Positions 56,810-59,564 of a stretch of 59,564 bases of DNA are shown here, one piece after another; within the stretch, counting starts at the first letter, position 1; each line of letters starts with the position of its first letter. The notes below the pieces were generated by a model. That model made no database searches. It saw nothing but the letters and a program-made list of their open reading frames with translations, and had not been told where the DNA came from. The DNA comes from Caulobacteraceae bacterium (GTDB lineage Bacteria; Pseudomonadota; Alphaproteobacteria; Caulobacterales; Caulobacteraceae), in contig JBPCMA010000058.1 in NCBI GenBank assembly GCA_051002715.1, positions 1 to 59,564 on the forward strand, given 5' to 3'. A program made the position numbers and the translations under genes.

Positions 56810-58576
56810 ATGACATCCGCGGGCGAAGCAGCCAAAGGTTGGCGACGCGTGGTTTGGCTGGCGGGCGTGGCGGCGCTTGGCCTTCTCGCCGCAACGCGGG
56901 CCGATGCGCGGGCCGAGCACATTTCGATCCCGGCGGAAGACGCCTCCGCGTCTATACCGGCCCTCGCCAAGCAGTCGGGCTTGCAGGTGTTCGCGCCGGC
57001 TGAAGCGTTGCGGGGCGTCCGCACCAACGCCGTGGAGGGTGACTTCCCTCCCCTTGACGCTCTGGGCCGCCTTCTGGCCGGCACCGGCCTGACCATCGTC
57101 AAGACCGGCGACAACGCGGCCACTATTCGCCGCGCGGGGGCATCGAGCCCCACGGCGGCCGAGGCCACGGCGGTCGAGGGGGTCGTCGTCACCGGTTCAC
57201 GGATCAAGCGGGCCGGCTTCGACACGCTGGAAGCGGCGCTGACCACCGGTTCGAAGGAGATCGAGCAGCGCGGTTACGAAAACATCGCCGACGCCCTGCA
57301 GGACACGCCTGGATTCGGCGTCCCCGGCTCGAGCCCGCTGGCCGGCAGTCAGGCGCGCGTCGGCATCGCGCAGAGCTTCGCCGACTTTTTCGGGCTGGGA
57401 TCGCAGCGAACGCTCACCCTGGTCGATGGGCGGCGGTTCGTCTCTTCCAATACCGTGCAGACGATCGGCTCCAACGCCGCGCCGGGCGCTCAGGTCGACC
57501 TGAACCTCATTCCGGTCGGGCTGATCGATCATGTGGAAACCATCGCCATCGGCGGCGCCCCCGTCTATGGCTCGGACGCCATCGCCGGCACGGTCAACGT
57601 CATCCTCAAGCAGAATTTCCAGGGCCTGCAGGCAACCGCCCAATATGGTTTCACCGACCGCGGCGACGGCCAGAACGAGCGCTTCAGCATCCTGGCGGGG
57701 AGGAATTTCAACAACGGCCGCGGCAACATCGTCTTCGCGGCCGAATACGATCAGCAGGACGGCGTTCGCCTTTCCGACCGATCGGGGTTCGCCTCGGTAT
57801 TTCCCAACCCCGCGGACACCGGCCCAAACGACGGCATACCGGCCTCGATCGTCGTTCCCAACGTGCGCCTGTCCTTCGTCACCGAAGGAGGGTTGCCCTA
57901 CGACGGCTCCATTCTCAATATCCCGGGGCTCACCTTGCCCGGCCTCTATCCGAACGGCAACTATATCCACAACGCGTCGGGCCAGCCGTTGATGTTCGCG
58001 CCCAACGGCGATCTGGTTCCGTTCAATGTCGGCCACGTGGTTTTTTCGGTTCTGGGCGGCCTGGTGCCGATCGAGAGCAGTGGCGGCGACGGCGTCAATG
58101 CCGCGGACCACACCTCCCTGCTGTCGCCGACCAAGCGGATCCTGGTCAATCTGAACGGCCACTATGATCTGACGCCCCATATCCGTGCTTTTTGGGAAAC
58201 GTCCTACGCCAACACCCGCGCGACGCTGCTGAGCGACCTCACATCCATCGACGCGCCAAATCTTTTCAGCGCGGACGCCTATACGCTGAACTTTTCGGTG
58301 GATAACCCGTATTTGAGTCAGCAAGCGCGAAGCCTTATTTTGGCTGACGGGCTGTCTTCATTCAATCTTTCGCGCAATCTCAATGATGTCGTCGATCGCA
58401 GGCCGGCGACTTCGGAGGAAAACGTGTATCGGGTGGTCGGCGGCTTTGACGGCGATGTCCATGTCTTCGGCCAGGATTGGTCATGGGACCTGTCGGCCGA
58501 CTACGGCGCCAGCCGCGAGCCTCGGGAGCTCTCGTGGCCGCGGCGCTTGCCCGCTCCAACTTGGGAGAAGCGCTGA
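56810..58576 (+). pseudogene. TonB-dependent transducer, truncated in the barrel
   Basis: STN extension, VVVTGSRI TonB box, RTLTLVDGRR, YGSDAIAG; receptor-like sequence ends at about 58517 with no C-terminal Phe. Confidence 0.8.
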
Positions 58577-58968
58577 ACCAGTTCTTCGAGAGCGACCTTG
58601 ATGTTTTTCTAGGCGGAGGACCACGGGGCTGCTTCATGTTGTCGACTGCACTCTTGGTCGCCGCCACGCATCCCGACATTGCTGAACGGGTGTCGGGGGC
58701 GATGAAGGGGCTCAAACACGCAATCACTGCAAGGATCGATCACGCTGTAGCCTCCGGTGACATCCCTGCATCAAGCGACGTTGAAGGGTTGAGCGACATT
58801 GTTGTCGCTGTGCACGTTGCCCTGGCTATGCGCGCCCGGGCCGGAGAGCCGCGCGAGGCGCTCCGACGATCGCTGCGCAGGACAGTGGTGCTGGTTGCGG
58901 GCGGGCGAGCTACTGTTCCCGCAGCAAAATCGCGTAACAGATCGCAAACGGTGACGGGTAGTTTTTGA
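58518..58968 (+). pseudogene. TetR-family regulator C-terminal remnant
   Basis: PRGCFMLSTA...AVASGDIP...LAMRARAG; no HTH or native start. Confidence 0.7.
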
Positions 58969-59564
58969 TTCGTAAGCACGATGACCGGCTGAAGTGCGCG
59001 CGAACCCCAAACGTCGTGTTTCCGGAGCCAAGCCAACGGCAGCTGCTGGCGCGACGCGGTCGATCCCGGTCACGAGATAGCAACGCCGCGCCCACCGTGG
59101 GAGAGCCTCCGGTGGAAGAGGGACAACAGTCACTTCAACGTGGTAACCCCTTTCTCGTCCGCCCTGGCGGCGCGAAAATGTGCTGAAAGGCTGGTCCAGG
59201 ACGGAGCCCACCATCATTCGCGCCCGCGTCGCGATCCTCCTCTTCGGCGTTCTCGCCACGTGGTCTTGCGCCTCCGTTCCCCGACGATCCGTCCAGCCGC
59301 CCGACCTTGCGCCGATCGGCGGATCGCCGCCGACCCTTGGGGCGAAGCTGTACGCGCAATGCGTCGGCCAAGCCGCCGGCGTGGCAAGCTATGACATCAC
59401 CAGCGATGGCCAGGCGTCCCGGCTGCGGTTCACTTGCGCCGGCGCGCCGACGCGCGCCCTCTATGTCGCGCTCGAGGGGTGGAGCGCGGCCCATCATTCA
59501 GAGTGGGCGGCGAGCGGTCGAACCTGGCGCTCCACAGGGAAAGTTGTGAGGGACCTGTTCGGGG

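Noticed and set aside
58969-59564. ORFs at the right edge
   Set aside because: No recognisable product; looks like degraded intergenic DNA

Overview
High-GC alphaproteobacterial DNA; Caulobacterales-like by inference from the GcrA homolog and gene content. About 41.5 kb (9616-51095) is an apparently complete Mu-like transposable prophage with a contractile tail. It has TG...CA ends, repeated transposase-binding motifs and a 5-bp target duplication (CCGGG). It splits a host gene that can be rejoined in frame. Left flank: galU, glmS, glmM, a decayed toxin/HTH pair, an integrase remnant, oligopeptidase B and an M1-like peptidase. Right flank: an esterase, two paralogs of the split gene, ECF sigma, FecR and a truncated TonB-dependent receptor. 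The most striking feature is in the prophage left-end accessory region: a solitary type I-C CRISPR-like repeat with its own promoter, pseudo-spacer and terminator (candidate RNA anti-CRISPR or crRNA mimic). It lies back-to-back with an operator-containing promoter driving a 30-aa peptide, an Aca-like HTH and two small unknown ORFs. Also notable: a DnaA-N/GcrA/DnaA-C cassette, GANTC sites inside the transposase-binding ends, a probably non-cleavable repressor, and a three-gene insertion in the head module. All assignments are by eye from motifs and synteny; no searches were run.
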